64,000 bases of DNA. Origin: Promethearchaeota archaeon (GTDB lineage Archaea; Asgardarchaeota; Lokiarchaeia; Sigyniarchaeales; SOKP01). Below the pieces are notes generated by a model. The model saw nothing but the letters and a program-made list of their open reading frames with translations, did no database searches and was not told where the DNA came from. The position numbers and the translations under genes are program-made. Positions 28,540 through 39,031 of the stretch are shown one piece after another; position 1 is the first letter of the stretch; each line of letters opens with the position of its first letter. Where the stretch lies: NCBI GenBank assembly GCA_019058295.1, contig JAHPZI010000023.1, positions 12,766 through 76,765 on the forward strand, written 5' to 3'.

Positions 28540-30102
28540 TTAACCTTTCTTATTTTCATTTAAATACATTAATGAATTAATTAAATCCGCAACACATTGA
28601 GCAGTAGGATTTAATTTATTGAAATCAATTTTATCGAGTGTATCTTCAGCTGTAAGCAGATAATATGGTGAGCGTATCCAATGAATAACTTTTAAATCAG
28701 GGCATTGAGCAACAAAATGTCCCGCTTCTCCAATTGGAGGAGTCGCAAAAAAATTATCTGGAATTAATATCATACGCTCTATTTTATTTTCTTTAAATGC
28801 TTTTAATGTATGAGCAATTAAAACTTCATCTTGAGAAAGAAATACAGCACCAATCGCAAGATTATCAGTTAATTTAAAATCCTGAGTTTTGGGATTTTCC
28901 TCAACTTCTTTAGCACACATATGTTCCAAATTCACGTCCACCATTACATTTTTTAAAATATTATCTTTATATTTCCGTGTAAATGTTTCTGCTCCAATTC
29001 CTCCGTAAAGATGCCCCGCAGTTAATAAAAATAATAATGATTTAGGTCTTTTTTCTATAGGGATTTTTGACCATGCTCTTAATTGAGCAAGAACCATTGC
29101 AACTCCAGTACCATCTTCTGATGCTCCTTTAAAAGCCGAATCATGATGAGAGGACACCATTATCATCTCTTCGGATTGCCCAGGTAATACACCCCAAATG
29201 TTATTTGCTTTACATGTCTCTTTATATCCTTCAAGAATTATATTTCCTTGAGAATTAGATGATTTAGCTAATTCTCGAACTTTCATTCCATCATATTTTC
29301 CAACATAAAGCGCTGGAACAGGTTTCATTGATCCATCATATGGCCCCCAATGACTATTTATATTTGAAGGATAATCTCTTAGAATTAAGATTAGCCCCAA
29401 TGCTCCTCTTTCAACAGCTCGCCAATACACTGAATCACTTCTTGGCAATCCTCCTAATGCTTGTGGAGGGAAGTTAAGAAGAGCAAATGTTAAAGTCATC
29501 TCTGTAAATTCATCAATAGACTTAGTTGGATCTGAAATATAATATGGTTTTGCTGTACTTAATAATTTCCCGAGAGGTAAAGTTGGAAATTCAATATCAG
29601 CAACCACAATTTTATCCTTAACATCTTTTCTTTTAAAGTCCCTTTCTCTGCCTGTACCTACATAAACTAATGGAGCCGTTAATCCTTTTTTATCCGTGAA
29701 TTCTGTGTTCAATACATAAAAGCATGGAATTTCTATTGTTTCATCTTCTGTCATAATACTCAATTTCCAATTAGTAGCAACCCAATTAATGAGTTCAAAA
29801 GCTTCTTTTTTCACATTTTTAAGTCCTAATTCTTTAAATTGCTTTTCTATAAAATTTTCTATTTCATGAGCCTCTTTTGTTCCTATTCTTCTGTGTGGAA
29901 GGCTACAAATTTTTTCTAAATCACCTTGAATAACTTCTAAATTAGGTGCTAAAACCTTAGTATTTGGTTCTTGAATTTCTAATAAGATTTCTTCAGCTTT
30001 AGTCCTAACTCTCTCCATTTCAGGAATTATCTTAAATAAATTAGAGATAAAAATCTCTTTAGATAATTTAAATTCAGTTAAAGGTTCTTTTCTTTGATTC
30101 AT
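28540..30102 (-). CDS. PA-domain M28 peptidase-like protein with atypical active site
   Basis: R.IGT...; PA domain (LVYVG.G...DF...DVKDKIV); N.WG.LPG, SSHHDS, GASEDGTGVA, DTLDKID. Confidence 0.8.
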   Translation of the reverse strand: MNQRKEPLTEFKLSKEIFISNLFKIIPEMERVRTKAEEILLEIQEPNTKVLAPNLEVIQGDLEKICSLPHRRIGTKEAHEIENFIEKQFKELGLKNVKKEAFELINWVATNWKLSIMTEDETIEIPCFYVLNTEFTDKKGLTAPLVYVGTGRERDFKRKDVKDKIVVADIEFPTLPLGKLLSTAKPYYISDPTKSIDEFTEMTLTFALLNFPPQALGGLPRSDSVYWRAVERGALGLILILRDYPSNINSHWGPYDGSMKPVPALYVGKYDGMKVRELAKSSNSQGNIILEGYKETCKANNIWGVLPGQSEEMIMVSSHHDSAFKGASEDGTGVAMVLAQLRAWSKIPIEKRPKSLLFLLTAGHLYGGIGAETFTRKYKDNILKNVMVDVNLEHMCAKEVEENPKTQDFKLTDNLAIGAVFLSQDEVLIAHTLKAFKENKIERMILIPDNFFATPPIGEAGHFVAQCPDLKVIHWIRSPYYLLTAEDTLDKIDFNKLNPTAQCVADLINSLMYLNENKKG

Positions 30103-30131
30103 AAATCTCTCATTTGAAGTTTTTTAGTTAA

Positions 30132-30716
30132 TTATAAGGGTTTGGCTAATATTGCTTTTACTCTTAAATCTTTAAATTCACTTGTAGGAGCAGGTTTTAT
30201 TAAGCATACTGTATCAGCCCCCCTTCCTGTACCAGCAATACAAATAACATCTCTATCGAGATCTGGAATTAATCCGGCATCAACCGTAGTACATGCGATT
30301 TCAATACATACTTTTACACCTTGACAAAATTGAGAGCCTAATATCTTGGCCAGTAAGTCAACAAATTGCCATGCTTCTTTTTTTAGACGGATTCCTCTTT
30401 CTATCCCTGACATAGAATGAGTACCACAATGGAATTTCAAGCCTTTCTTTTTTAATTCTTCCATTTTATCACCAGGGAATTCTTGTCTTAATTTACTGCC
30501 GGTAAAATAATATGCGTGCGTTATTACTACAACATTAAAAGTATCTAAATTAAAGACATTTATAGCTTTTTCGGCAGTAGTCCCCGTTGTACTAGCAAGA
30601 ATAATATCTTTAATACCAAATTGATCTGCATACTTTTTTGCGATTTCTAATGCTTTATCAGTATTTTCTGGTCCAGTTTTTTCAAAATAAGTAACTTCTA
30701 TATTTAAATCTGCCAT
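30132..30716 (-). CDS. Stand-alone pyruvate kinase alpha/beta (PK_C) domain protein, archaeal conserved
   Basis: YFE..G.ENT, ASTTG.TA, QGVKVCIEI, DAGLIP, GTGRGADT motifs. Confidence 0.85.
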   Translation of the reverse strand: MADLNIEVTYFEKTGPENTDKALEIAKKYADQFGIKDIILASTTGTTAEKAINVFNLDTFNVVVITHAYYFTGSKLRQEFPGDKMEELKKKGLKFHCGTHSMSGIERGIRLKKEAWQFVDLLAKILGSQFCQGVKVCIEIACTTVDAGLIPDLDRDVICIAGTGRGADTVCLIKPAPTSEFKDLRVKAILAKPL

Positions 30717-30950
30717 TTATTATCAAAACTCTTGATTTTTTTTGTTTAGTTTTTAATTTTATATTATACTTTTCTAATAAATTAATTTAATCATTAGATG
30801 GATTAATTTAATTTTATAAAAATTGGACTAAAAATCTTTTAAATATAGAAAAAAAAAATTATATAATAACAGGGTTAACGGGGTTTAATTTTTTTTTTTT
30901 AATAATAGGCTAGAAATCCTTTTAATGCAAAAAAACTGTATTAAAAATGT

Positions 30951-33905
30951 ATGTCTAAATTAAAAAAAGGAAATTATCCTTTCTTTCTTTTAACATTTTT
31001 AATTAGCGCTATGATATTTGGCTCATTAATGTTTAATAATATAACAGAGTTAAATTTCAATCATAATTCCGATGATGTAAATTTATCTATTAATGATAAA
31101 TTCGAGCTAAAATTAGCAAATAAAGCTCCCAATATACCTCAACTACTTACTCCTGCAAATGAATCATTTGATACTTCAAATATAGTAAAATTCGATTGGA
31201 CTGATATTGGAAATCCATCCGATGACATTTTTTACGAGTTTGTAATGGATAATGATACGGATTTTAGTTCTCCTGAAGCTGCGCGTTTTGCAATTAATGA
31301 TTGGTCTAATTCTACGATGACAGAAGAACCTTATACTACTTTTTTAGCTCATTTTAATGACACGTTAAAGTCAGAGGAAGCGGAGGATCCATTAATGGCA
31401 AGTGGATTATCTTACGTTCCTGGAAAATATGGGAAAGGTATTTTCGTAAATGCGAGTTCAAACGCAGCTTTAGGATATAATATTACTGATAATTTTGACC
31501 TATCAATGGGAACAATTGAATTTTGGGTTAAATTAGAAAACGATTTAGCTGACGTTGCAGATTATTTATTCTTTTTCGATTATGTTATGACCGCCCCCCC
31601 TTTTAATGATAATATTACTCGATTCAGTATAGCAGTTGAACCAGTTACACACAGAGTCTTTGCAATTTCTGCTATTAACGATACATATTATATTCTTATC
31701 CCAAATGAAGAAACAGAATGGAAAGCCGGAGAATGGCACCATATATGTATGACATGGGGTAATAATATGTCGAGGTTATATTTAGATGGAATTGAAGAGG
31801 CAGTTTCAACTTATTTTCCGATAGGAACCGGTAATTATGATAATAAATTTCATTTAGGATCACAATTGGGATGGGGAAATTGGATTAATGCTACATTTGA
31901 TGAGGTAAGAATTTCTTCTATTGAAAGGCTTCCTTTATGGAAACAAGATAGCATTAAAGTTAATGTTACTTATTTTGGACTTCCTTTCCACAGGTATCCT
32001 ATTTGGAATCTGAATAAAAGTGAATATACTCACATGTTTGAACAAGATGATACGTACTATTGGAAAGTCAGAGCTCATAATTCAAGTGGTCCAGGAGAGT
32101 GGTCTCAAAAAAGAGTCTTAACAGTTAATAGAGAACTAGATATAAAATATCAAGTAGAAATAGAAGTAATTGATAAATACGGGGTTCCAATTCCTAATGT
32201 GAATTTAAGCTATTACCAAAAAACATTGAATAAGCTTATGGGAATTGATGCCAATTATGTTGCTGAAAAAATTGAAAATGGGGACGAATGGTTTCATGAA
32301 GGAAGCAAGATAGATATATATAATTTTTTTGGCAAAAGAAAATCAAATAGTTTTAGGACACGTCTTTGGACTAATGAAGGCGGTAAAAATTGTTTGGAGA
32401 ACGCTACGCAAATGGCAAAATGGGCACAAGGTAATGGCTCAATTCCATATCTTGTAATCTTTTTAAGTGATGATTGGGCGGCAATCGATAACCAACCAAT
32501 ACCAAAAATATTTGAAGGGCTAAGTTTTGAGGAAAGACTTGCCGAAGTCGAAGAATATTCTAAAAATGTAACTCAACATTTTATCGATGAGGGAGTTAAT
32601 ATGGAATTTTATGAGATTGGAAATGAAATCGATTTTGGGTTATGTGGGGTTTATGCTACAGATAAAGACCCTCGATATAATCTTACGTGGTTAAGAGAAA
32701 ACATATGGTATAATGAATCCAGAATAATAAATGCCAGTATCAAGGGTATTCGGCAAGTTGATCCAACAGCAAAGATTATGCTTCATATTGCAATCTCAGA
32801 TCCTGCATTTGCTACGGCCTTTTATACGGCAATGAGAGATTATGGTGTTCCTTATAATATTATTGGACTTTCTCACCACCCAGTAGCGGGGGGAGATGGA
32901 TCAAATAATGGTTTTAAAGAAACGGTTAAAATCTTATCTAGCAGTGGATTACCAGGATCTAATCAAATCGTAATTCCTGAGACCTCTTATTCAAGTCAAA
33001 ATAACGGTTCAATATATTTTATATATTGGAATAGAAGTATTACTGGATTCCCATTAACACCCGAAGGACAGAAATCATGGGTATTATATCAACTTGAGTG
33101 GAATTATCAACATCCTAATGTTGTAGGAATGAATTATTGGAGTCCTGAGTTTTATGATACAATCTGGGAAGGATTCTCTTGGTTTAATATGACTGGGCAA
33201 AATAAAGGTATTTCAAAGCCTGTTGTTGACGCCTATCCCGAATTTTTTAATTTAAGAAATGTTAGTATATCTGGATGGAACTATTCAAATAACAATGGTT
33301 TATTTTTCGTTGATGCTTATAGAGGAATTCTCGAATTAAATATCAAATATGGTAATTATAATGAATTATTTAATATTACTATAAGTCCCTTCAGAGATAA
33401 TGATTTTATAATTAATCTTTCAATAAATATATCTCCAATAATTAACATTAAATCACCGAATATAAATAGTACATTCGGAAAAAAGGCTCCAGATTTCGAT
33501 ATCGAGATTATAGATCCTTATGTAGACACAAAATGGTATACATTAAATGGAGGAATAACAAACTATACATTTACAACATTAACCGAAACGATAAACCAAA
33601 CAGCCTGGGATGAGTTGAGCGAGGGTTTAATTATAATTAGATTTTATGCAAATGATTCCGATGGAAAAGTTGGATATCGAGAAATTACAGTTATAAAAAG
33701 AATTCCAAAAATAGTTATAGTTGGAGATGATGATGACGATGATGATAAAGATGAACCAAATGCGATTCCTATCTTTTATTTAATACTTGTTATTGGTTTA
33801 ATTAGTATTATATCTGTAATCTTAATTAAAAAGCTACTATTGCCTTCAAGGGACAAAAAAATTAAATCTAATAACTCAGACTTGTCTAAAATTTACATAA
33901 ATTGA
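30951..33905 (+). CDS. Surface-anchored glycoside hydrolase (LamG-like + GH53-like + Ig-like + C-terminal TM anchor)
   Basis: Signal peptide; GTIEFW..WHHI..TW..LYLDG..FDEVRIS (LamG); R.RLW, IGNEID, IGLS, ETSY, Q..W, YWSPE (GH53-like); poly-Asp linker, TM helix, basic tail. Confidence 0.8.
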   Translation: MSKLKKGNYPFFLLTFLISAMIFGSLMFNNITELNFNHNSDDVNLSINDKFELKLANKAPNIPQLLTPANESFDTSNIVKFDWTDIGNPSDDIFYEFVMDNDTDFSSPEAARFAINDWSNSTMTEEPYTTFLAHFNDTLKSEEAEDPLMASGLSYVPGKYGKGIFVNASSNAALGYNITDNFDLSMGTIEFWVKLENDLADVADYLFFFDYVMTAPPFNDNITRFSIAVEPVTHRVFAISAINDTYYILIPNEETEWKAGEWHHICMTWGNNMSRLYLDGIEEAVSTYFPIGTGNYDNKFHLGSQLGWGNWINATFDEVRISSIERLPLWKQDSIKVNVTYFGLPFHRYPIWNLNKSEYTHMFEQDDTYYWKVRAHNSSGPGEWSQKRVLTVNRELDIKYQVEIEVIDKYGVPIPNVNLSYYQKTLNKLMGIDANYVAEKIENGDEWFHEGSKIDIYNFFGKRKSNSFRTRLWTNEGGKNCLENATQMAKWAQGNGSIPYLVIFLSDDWAAIDNQPIPKIFEGLSFEERLAEVEEYSKNVTQHFIDEGVNMEFYEIGNEIDFGLCGVYATDKDPRYNLTWLRENIWYNESRIINASIKGIRQVDPTAKIMLHIAISDPAFATAFYTAMRDYGVPYNIIGLSHHPVAGGDGSNNGFKETVKILSSSGLPGSNQIVIPETSYSSQNNGSIYFIYWNRSITGFPLTPEGQKSWVLYQLEWNYQHPNVVGMNYWSPEFYDTIWEGFSWFNMTGQNKGISKPVVDAYPEFFNLRNVSISGWNYSNNNGLFFVDAYRGILELNIKYGNYNELFNITISPFRDNDFIINLSINISPIINIKSPNINSTFGKKAPDFDIEIIDPYVDTKWYTLNGGITNYTFTTLTETINQTAWDELSEGLIIIRFYANDSDGKVGYREITVIKRIPKIVIVGDDDDDDDKDEPNAIPIFYLILVIGLISIISVILIKKLLLPSRDKKIKSNNSDLSKIYIN

Positions 33906-34110
33906 ATTTAAAATCCGAATTCATCTTTCTTTCATTCTAATATATGCAATACTTACAAATAATATTTATATGTTTTAATACAAATGTTAATTTCTTTTTT
34001 TGAATAATGGTCTACAAATTCTTTAAATGTAAATCTTTTTTTTAAAACTCACTATAAATAAAATTAATACATTATTTCAAAAACTTAAGCTTTATTTAAG
34101 ACGATTTTAA

Positions 34111-35235
34111 ATGGTTAATTTAACAATAAAAGATCTTTTTAAGGAACCCACAAGATTAGTCTTAGTCGTAATGGGACTTACAGTTTCGCTTCTTATGGTT
34201 CTCATTGGTATTGGAATGCTTACAGGTTCAGTAGAGGAGTCCCAACGTATTATTGATGAATCAGATTACGACGCATACATAATACAATATAATCGAGATA
34301 ATATAATGGAAGGAGGGAGAGTTTCTGACGCTGTTTATGATAGAGTTTTAGGACTTAGCGGGGTAAAAGATGTGGATAAGATAATTGATGATTGGATTGG
34401 TTTGAAGTTTGGAGATGACGATACTGGTGTTTCAATGATAGGATACGATATTGAAAGTGATAATATAGAACCATGGGACATCATAAAAGGTAATAAGGAT
34501 GATTTAAAAGAGGATAATAATATAATTATTGATCAATTAATAACAAAATTTTTTCCGAATGTTGAGATTAAAGACAAATTAAAAGCCGGTGATCTTGATA
34601 CAAGCTTAAGAATCACGGGAATGAGTCGAAACAATCAAAGATTCGGAAGCCCAATGATGTGGACAAATCTAGAAACCGCAAAAAACTTACTTCACATTGT
34701 AAATGAAAGTACTTACTTATGTGTTAAACTAAAAAGCGATTTTTCAGTACGAGATTTAGAAAAGGCCTTGGAAATTTTCGAAAATGAGATTAAAGTAATC
34801 TCATCGGAAGAAATGAAAGAAAAAATTTCTGATTATATACTTGTCGAAATGGGAATGGCCCAAAGTGTAGGAATATTAGCTGTCATGGGATTTATTGTTT
34901 CAATGATTGTTATTTCAATTACACTTTATCAATCGGTCTCAGATAAACTTCGTGAACTTGTTTCATTGAAAGCTCTAGGAGCAAAAAAGAGCTTTATTAA
35001 TAAAATTTTAATTGGTCAGACTTTCTTAATTGTATCTATTAGTTTTGTCTTGGCCACAATACTAGCATTTTTCTTAGCACCGTATTTATCATCAGTTTCT
35101 ACATTGGCGGTTAGTGTAAACCCATTATGGGCACTATTTACATATGTTCTTTCTTTAATCCTTGGAATAATCTGTTCATTACTTCCTATAAGAAAGGTTC
35201 ATAAGACAGATCCGGCAATTATTTTTCGAGCGTGA
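34111..35235 (+). CDS. ABC transporter permease, MacB/FtsX family
   Basis: N-terminal TM, large extracytoplasmic domain, LKALGA, three C-terminal TMs, DPAIIFR. Confidence 0.9.
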   Translation: MVNLTIKDLFKEPTRLVLVVMGLTVSLLMVLIGIGMLTGSVEESQRIIDESDYDAYIIQYNRDNIMEGGRVSDAVYDRVLGLSGVKDVDKIIDDWIGLKFGDDDTGVSMIGYDIESDNIEPWDIIKGNKDDLKEDNNIIIDQLITKFFPNVEIKDKLKAGDLDTSLRITGMSRNNQRFGSPMMWTNLETAKNLLHIVNESTYLCVKLKSDFSVRDLEKALEIFENEIKVISSEEMKEKISDYILVEMGMAQSVGILAVMGFIVSMIVISITLYQSVSDKLRELVSLKALGAKKSFINKILIGQTFLIVSISFVLATILAFFLAPYLSSVSTLAVSVNPLWALFTYVLSLILGIICSLLPIRKVHKTDPAIIFRA

Positions 35236-35244
35236 GGAAAAAAA

Positions 35245-36360
35245 GTGGTGAATTTAGCGTTTAAAGATTTATTTCATAAGAAAGGCAAATTTGCTTTAAT
35301 AATTTTGGGTCTTTCATTTAGCATATTTTTTGTTCAATACAGTGCAGGGATGTTTAATGGTGTTTTAACTACTTCTACTGATATACTTGATAAGTTTAAA
35401 TTTGATGTTTGGATAAGGGAGGAAGATAGTGATAATTTCTTAGACGGAGGATTTGTAAATGAGACTGTATATGATGATGTTAAAATGATGAAAAATGTTA
35501 ATCATGCAGAGCGATTAATCCTTATAGGAGCTGAAGCTGAGGATGAGGAGAGAACAACCTTTTGTTATTTTATTGGTTGTGACATCAATAATCCAGATCA
35601 TGAGATTGGTCCTTGGGATGTAACAAAAGGAAATGAGGGACTTCTTTTTGAGAATAATACTGTCATGGTTGATGAATCCATTAAGGATTACTTTGATTTA
35701 AAGATCAATGATCTTTTAAAAATAGGAAATGTTTGGATGAAAATTGTAGGTTTTTGCAAAAATGCGAAATTTATGTTCAATGGGTATATTTTTGCCTCTA
35801 TTGAAACTGTAAGAAGTTTAACTCCTTGGGCAAGAGACTGGATTACTACTGTAGCAATAAATCTTGACGAAGATTATACAATTGAGGAATTTGAAGATGA
35901 TGTAGGAGATGATATTTCCCATCATTTAGAAGTCTTATCTACTAAAGAACTCAAAGAGAACACACATGACATGATTATTAACGAGGGGGGATTAGGTGGT
36001 TCCATTTATATAATGGTTGGCATGGGCTTTTTTGTAGCGTTAATTATTTTATCGGTAACGATGTATCAATCAATACAGGAAAAAATACCGGTATTTGGAA
36101 CACTTAAGGCTATAGGCGCAAGCAAAGGATATATAAATAAGATGCTTTTAGGGCAAGTTTTTATATATATTACATTGAGTTTTATTTTGGGCACGATATT
36201 AGCTATGCTATTAAGTTTTTTAGCAGGAGCTATACCTATAATAGTAGAGCTCCAAACATCTATTATTCTATATATTGCATTCTTGCTAATGGGATTAGTT
36301 TGTTCTTCAGTTACAATAATAAAAGTCCATAGAATAGACCCTGCGATTGTATTTAAATAA
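35245..36360 (+). CDS. ABC transporter permease, MacB/FtsX family (paralog)
   Basis: Same architecture; GTLKAIGA, IDPAIVFK. Confidence 0.9.
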   Translation: MVNLAFKDLFHKKGKFALIILGLSFSIFFVQYSAGMFNGVLTTSTDILDKFKFDVWIREEDSDNFLDGGFVNETVYDDVKMMKNVNHAERLILIGAEAEDEERTTFCYFIGCDINNPDHEIGPWDVTKGNEGLLFENNTVMVDESIKDYFDLKINDLLKIGNVWMKIVGFCKNAKFMFNGYIFASIETVRSLTPWARDWITTVAINLDEDYTIEEFEDDVGDDISHHLEVLSTKELKENTHDMIINEGGLGGSIYIMVGMGFFVALIILSVTMYQSIQEKIPVFGTLKAIGASKGYINKMLLGQVFIYITLSFILGTILAMLLSFLAGAIPIIVELQTSIILYIAFLLMGLVCSSVTIIKVHRIDPAIVFK

Positions 36361-36413
36361 ATATTGAATTAATTATATGAAAAAAAATAAAAATAAATAG
36401 AGTATGAGAAAAA

Positions 36414-37097
36414 ATGAGTGATAGTGAAATAATTAGACTTAATGATATTTCTAAACATTATGGCACTGGTGATATATTAGTAAAGGCGTTAAAAAATGCA
36501 GAACTTATGATGAAGAAAGGAGAAGTTGCTCTTTTAATGGGACCAAGTGGAGCAGGAAAAACCACCCTTTTATCAGTAATGGGTCTTCTTCTTCATCCAA
36601 CATCGGGCGAAATTATTTTTAATGATAAAATTTATAATCGTAAAACAAGACAGAAGATAATGACAGAAACACGCCGTAATTCAATAGGATTTATTTTTCA
36701 AGCTTTCAATTTAGTCGAATCATTAAATGTTATACAAAATGTTGAAATTATGTATAAAATTGGTAAACTCGAGAAGAAAGGATATAAAAAGAAATGTAAA
36801 GAAATCTTAGAGATGCTACAAATGGGGCATAGATTAAAACATGCTTCTAAAGATTTAAGTGGCGGTGAGAGACAACGTGTTGCGATTGCGCGAGCGTTAA
36901 TAAATGAGCCTATGTTAATTATGGCCGATGAACCCACTGGTAACTTAGATTCCGAAAATGGAAGAATTATTGGGGAATACTTCCGAAAAATAGCAAATGA
37001 AAGAGGGACAACAATCTTAATTGCTACCCATGATGAAAGACTTAAATTCTGCGCTGACCGAATTATTCATATGGAAGATGGTGAAATTTTAAAATAA
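36414..37097 (+). CDS. ABC transporter ATP-binding protein (LolD/MacB-like)
   Basis: GPSGAGKTT, IGFIFQ.FNL, LSGGERQRVAIARAL, ADEPTGNLD, ATHD. Confidence 0.95.
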   Translation: MSDSEIIRLNDISKHYGTGDILVKALKNAELMMKKGEVALLMGPSGAGKTTLLSVMGLLLHPTSGEIIFNDKIYNRKTRQKIMTETRRNSIGFIFQAFNLVESLNVIQNVEIMYKIGKLEKKGYKKKCKEILEMLQMGHRLKHASKDLSGGERQRVAIARALINEPMLIMADEPTGNLDSENGRIIGEYFRKIANERGTTILIATHDERLKFCADRIIHMEDGEILK

Positions 37098-37101
37098 TTA
37101 C

Positions 37102-39024
37102 ATGGCTGATTTGAGGTTTAAAAATATGGATAAAAATATTAATGTTTATTGGCAAAAATTTGATGAAAAAAGAGAAAAAGAAGAAATCCAAGGGGAACAT
37201 AGAAATTGGTTTGTAAAATTACTGACTAACAGACCTTTTTTTGTCATACATGCTTTTCTCTACCTCTGTGTTAATGGTTTCCTTATTATGATTTGGCTTC
37301 TAAGTTTACGATTTACGGGATTAACATATTTTTGGCCATTTCATTCAATGTTCGGTTGGGGTTTCGGACTTGGTTTTCATATGGTCTCATATGTTATGTA
37401 CAATGACAAGTCCGAATATCTCATATATGTCAGGCAACAATCAAATTACATAATGACGTTCGTTTATCATGCGTTTTTCTATATTTCTATTAATCTCTAC
37501 CTATTTTTATTAAATCTAATTGATTTAACTTTTATTTGGTTTACATGGACCTTGGGAATGTGGGGGATTGTTTTTATTTATCATGCTATTGGATTTTTTA
37601 CATGGAATAAAATTTTTGATAACCAATGGAAAAAACTACGTCCCAAATATCAAGAATATCCAAAAAATAAATTAAAAAGTAAGATAAAATATAAAATTGG
37701 TCACTTCTGGCTGGTATTGGTTCATTTAACATATTTTATAGTAACTTTCATAATAGTAAATATATTTGTATTTGTAGGTACCGGTCTGGGACAAGTGGAG
37801 CGATTGCTAATTGCCGAAATATTTGTTAATTGGGGGATTTATTTAGCCTTACATGCATTTGGATACCTCCTTTTCTATCATATAGAATTTATAAAATCAG
37901 TGTTTAAAGGATTAATTTTACATGTATCAATTTATGCTATATTTAACGGACAGCAAATTTATGAAAATAGTGAATCTAAACTCTATATGAATTGGTTAAT
38001 TTATTTAATGACTTTATGGGCAATAGTAATTATCGTTCATCTAATTATTTGTATAAAATGGGAGAAATTAGTAGATAAAGAACAAGTAAGGGTTAAAACA
38101 AATTACGATGGAACGGAAAGGAAAAAAATAGATTTATTTTGGTCTGGATTTTCTCATGAAGCGATTTCACGTAAAGAAATTAATCGTGAAGAAATTTCTC
38201 AGGAATTGACTCTCTTCCTTGAAGATGATGTACGTTCTATAGCAAAAGGGATAATAATCTGGAAATGGTCTTTTATATCTCATGTATTTATCTATATCGT
38301 CAGTCTGATTATCATTGGTATAAATCTTGCCGCTCTAGGGATCAACCTTGTGCTATTAATCCATCCAGCAATGGGATGGTTGATTGGAGTAGCCGCTCAC
38401 GGAGCTATTTTCTATATTATCCAAAAACCAATAAAAGGATTTTTTTCTTATACTGCTTTCCTTCATTTGACTGTTTACATAGTTACAAGTATATATTTAG
38501 TGATTCTCAATGTGTTGTTTGCACCTGGAACCCTTTGGAGTCTAATTGCGATTTTAGGATGGGGGATCGGGATAGGAATCCATCTTATATTGATGTTTAT
38601 AACAATAGAAAGCAGAGAAATTAAAAAGGAAGAAACCCCTTATTTATCAAAAGGTGTATTATTCTGGAAATGGTCCTTTATAATTCACTTTTTTATCTAT
38701 ATAACCTGCTTGGTTATCATTGGCATAAGCCTAGCAGTTGGAGGTGAGAATCTATTATTATTGATTCATCCAGCAATGGGATGGTTAATAGGAGTGGCTG
38801 CTCACGGTGCTATTTACTTTTCAGTTCAGAAACCTATTAAAGGCTTTTTAAGCTATACAGCCTTCCTTCATCTAATAATTTATATAGTAACATGCATATA
38901 TTTGGTCATTCTAAATGCGATTTTCGCTCCTGAATTCCCATGGAGTGCAATCGCAATTGGAGGATGGGGCATAGGTATGGGATTTCATTTATTATTAGCG
39001 CATTTGATAAAAAAAGAGGATTAA
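37102..39024 (+). CDS. Membrane protein with eight 2TM-type repeats
   Basis: Eight units of F..H...Y....(N)...W(G)xG...H. Confidence 0.8.
   Translation: MADLRFKNMDKNINVYWQKFDEKREKEEIQGEHRNWFVKLLTNRPFFVIHAFLYLCVNGFLIMIWLLSLRFTGLTYFWPFHSMFGWGFGLGFHMVSYVMYNDKSEYLIYVRQQSNYIMTFVYHAFFYISINLYLFLLNLIDLTFIWFTWTLGMWGIVFIYHAIGFFTWNKIFDNQWKKLRPKYQEYPKNKLKSKIKYKIGHFWLVLVHLTYFIVTFIIVNIFVFVGTGLGQVERLLIAEIFVNWGIYLALHAFGYLLFYHIEFIKSVFKGLILHVSIYAIFNGQQIYENSESKLYMNWLIYLMTLWAIVIIVHLIICIKWEKLVDKEQVRVKTNYDGTERKKIDLFWSGFSHEAISRKEINREEISQELTLFLEDDVRSIAKGIIIWKWSFISHVFIYIVSLIIIGINLAALGINLVLLIHPAMGWLIGVAAHGAIFYIIQKPIKGFFSYTAFLHLTVYIVTSIYLVILNVLFAPGTLWSLIAILGWGIGIGIHLILMFITIESREIKKEETPYLSKGVLFWKWSFIIHFFIYITCLVIIGISLAVGGENLLLLIHPAMGWLIGVAAHGAIYFSVQKPIKGFLSYTAFLHLIIYIVTCIYLVILNAIFAPEFPWSAIAIGGWGIGMGFHLLLAHLIKKED
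38260..39000 (+). repeat. Internal duplication of 405 bp (135 aa) within the 2TM protein
   Basis: WKWSF...LLIHPAMGWLIGVAAHGAI...QKPIKGF.SYTAFLHL begins at both 38260 and 38665. Confidence 0.85.
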
Positions 39025-39031
39025 ATCTGCA

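Noticed and set aside
30849-30900. Poly-A/poly-T inverted repeat upstream of the glycosidase gene
   Set aside because: Homopolymer-driven pairing; no support for a structured RNA or mobile-element end.
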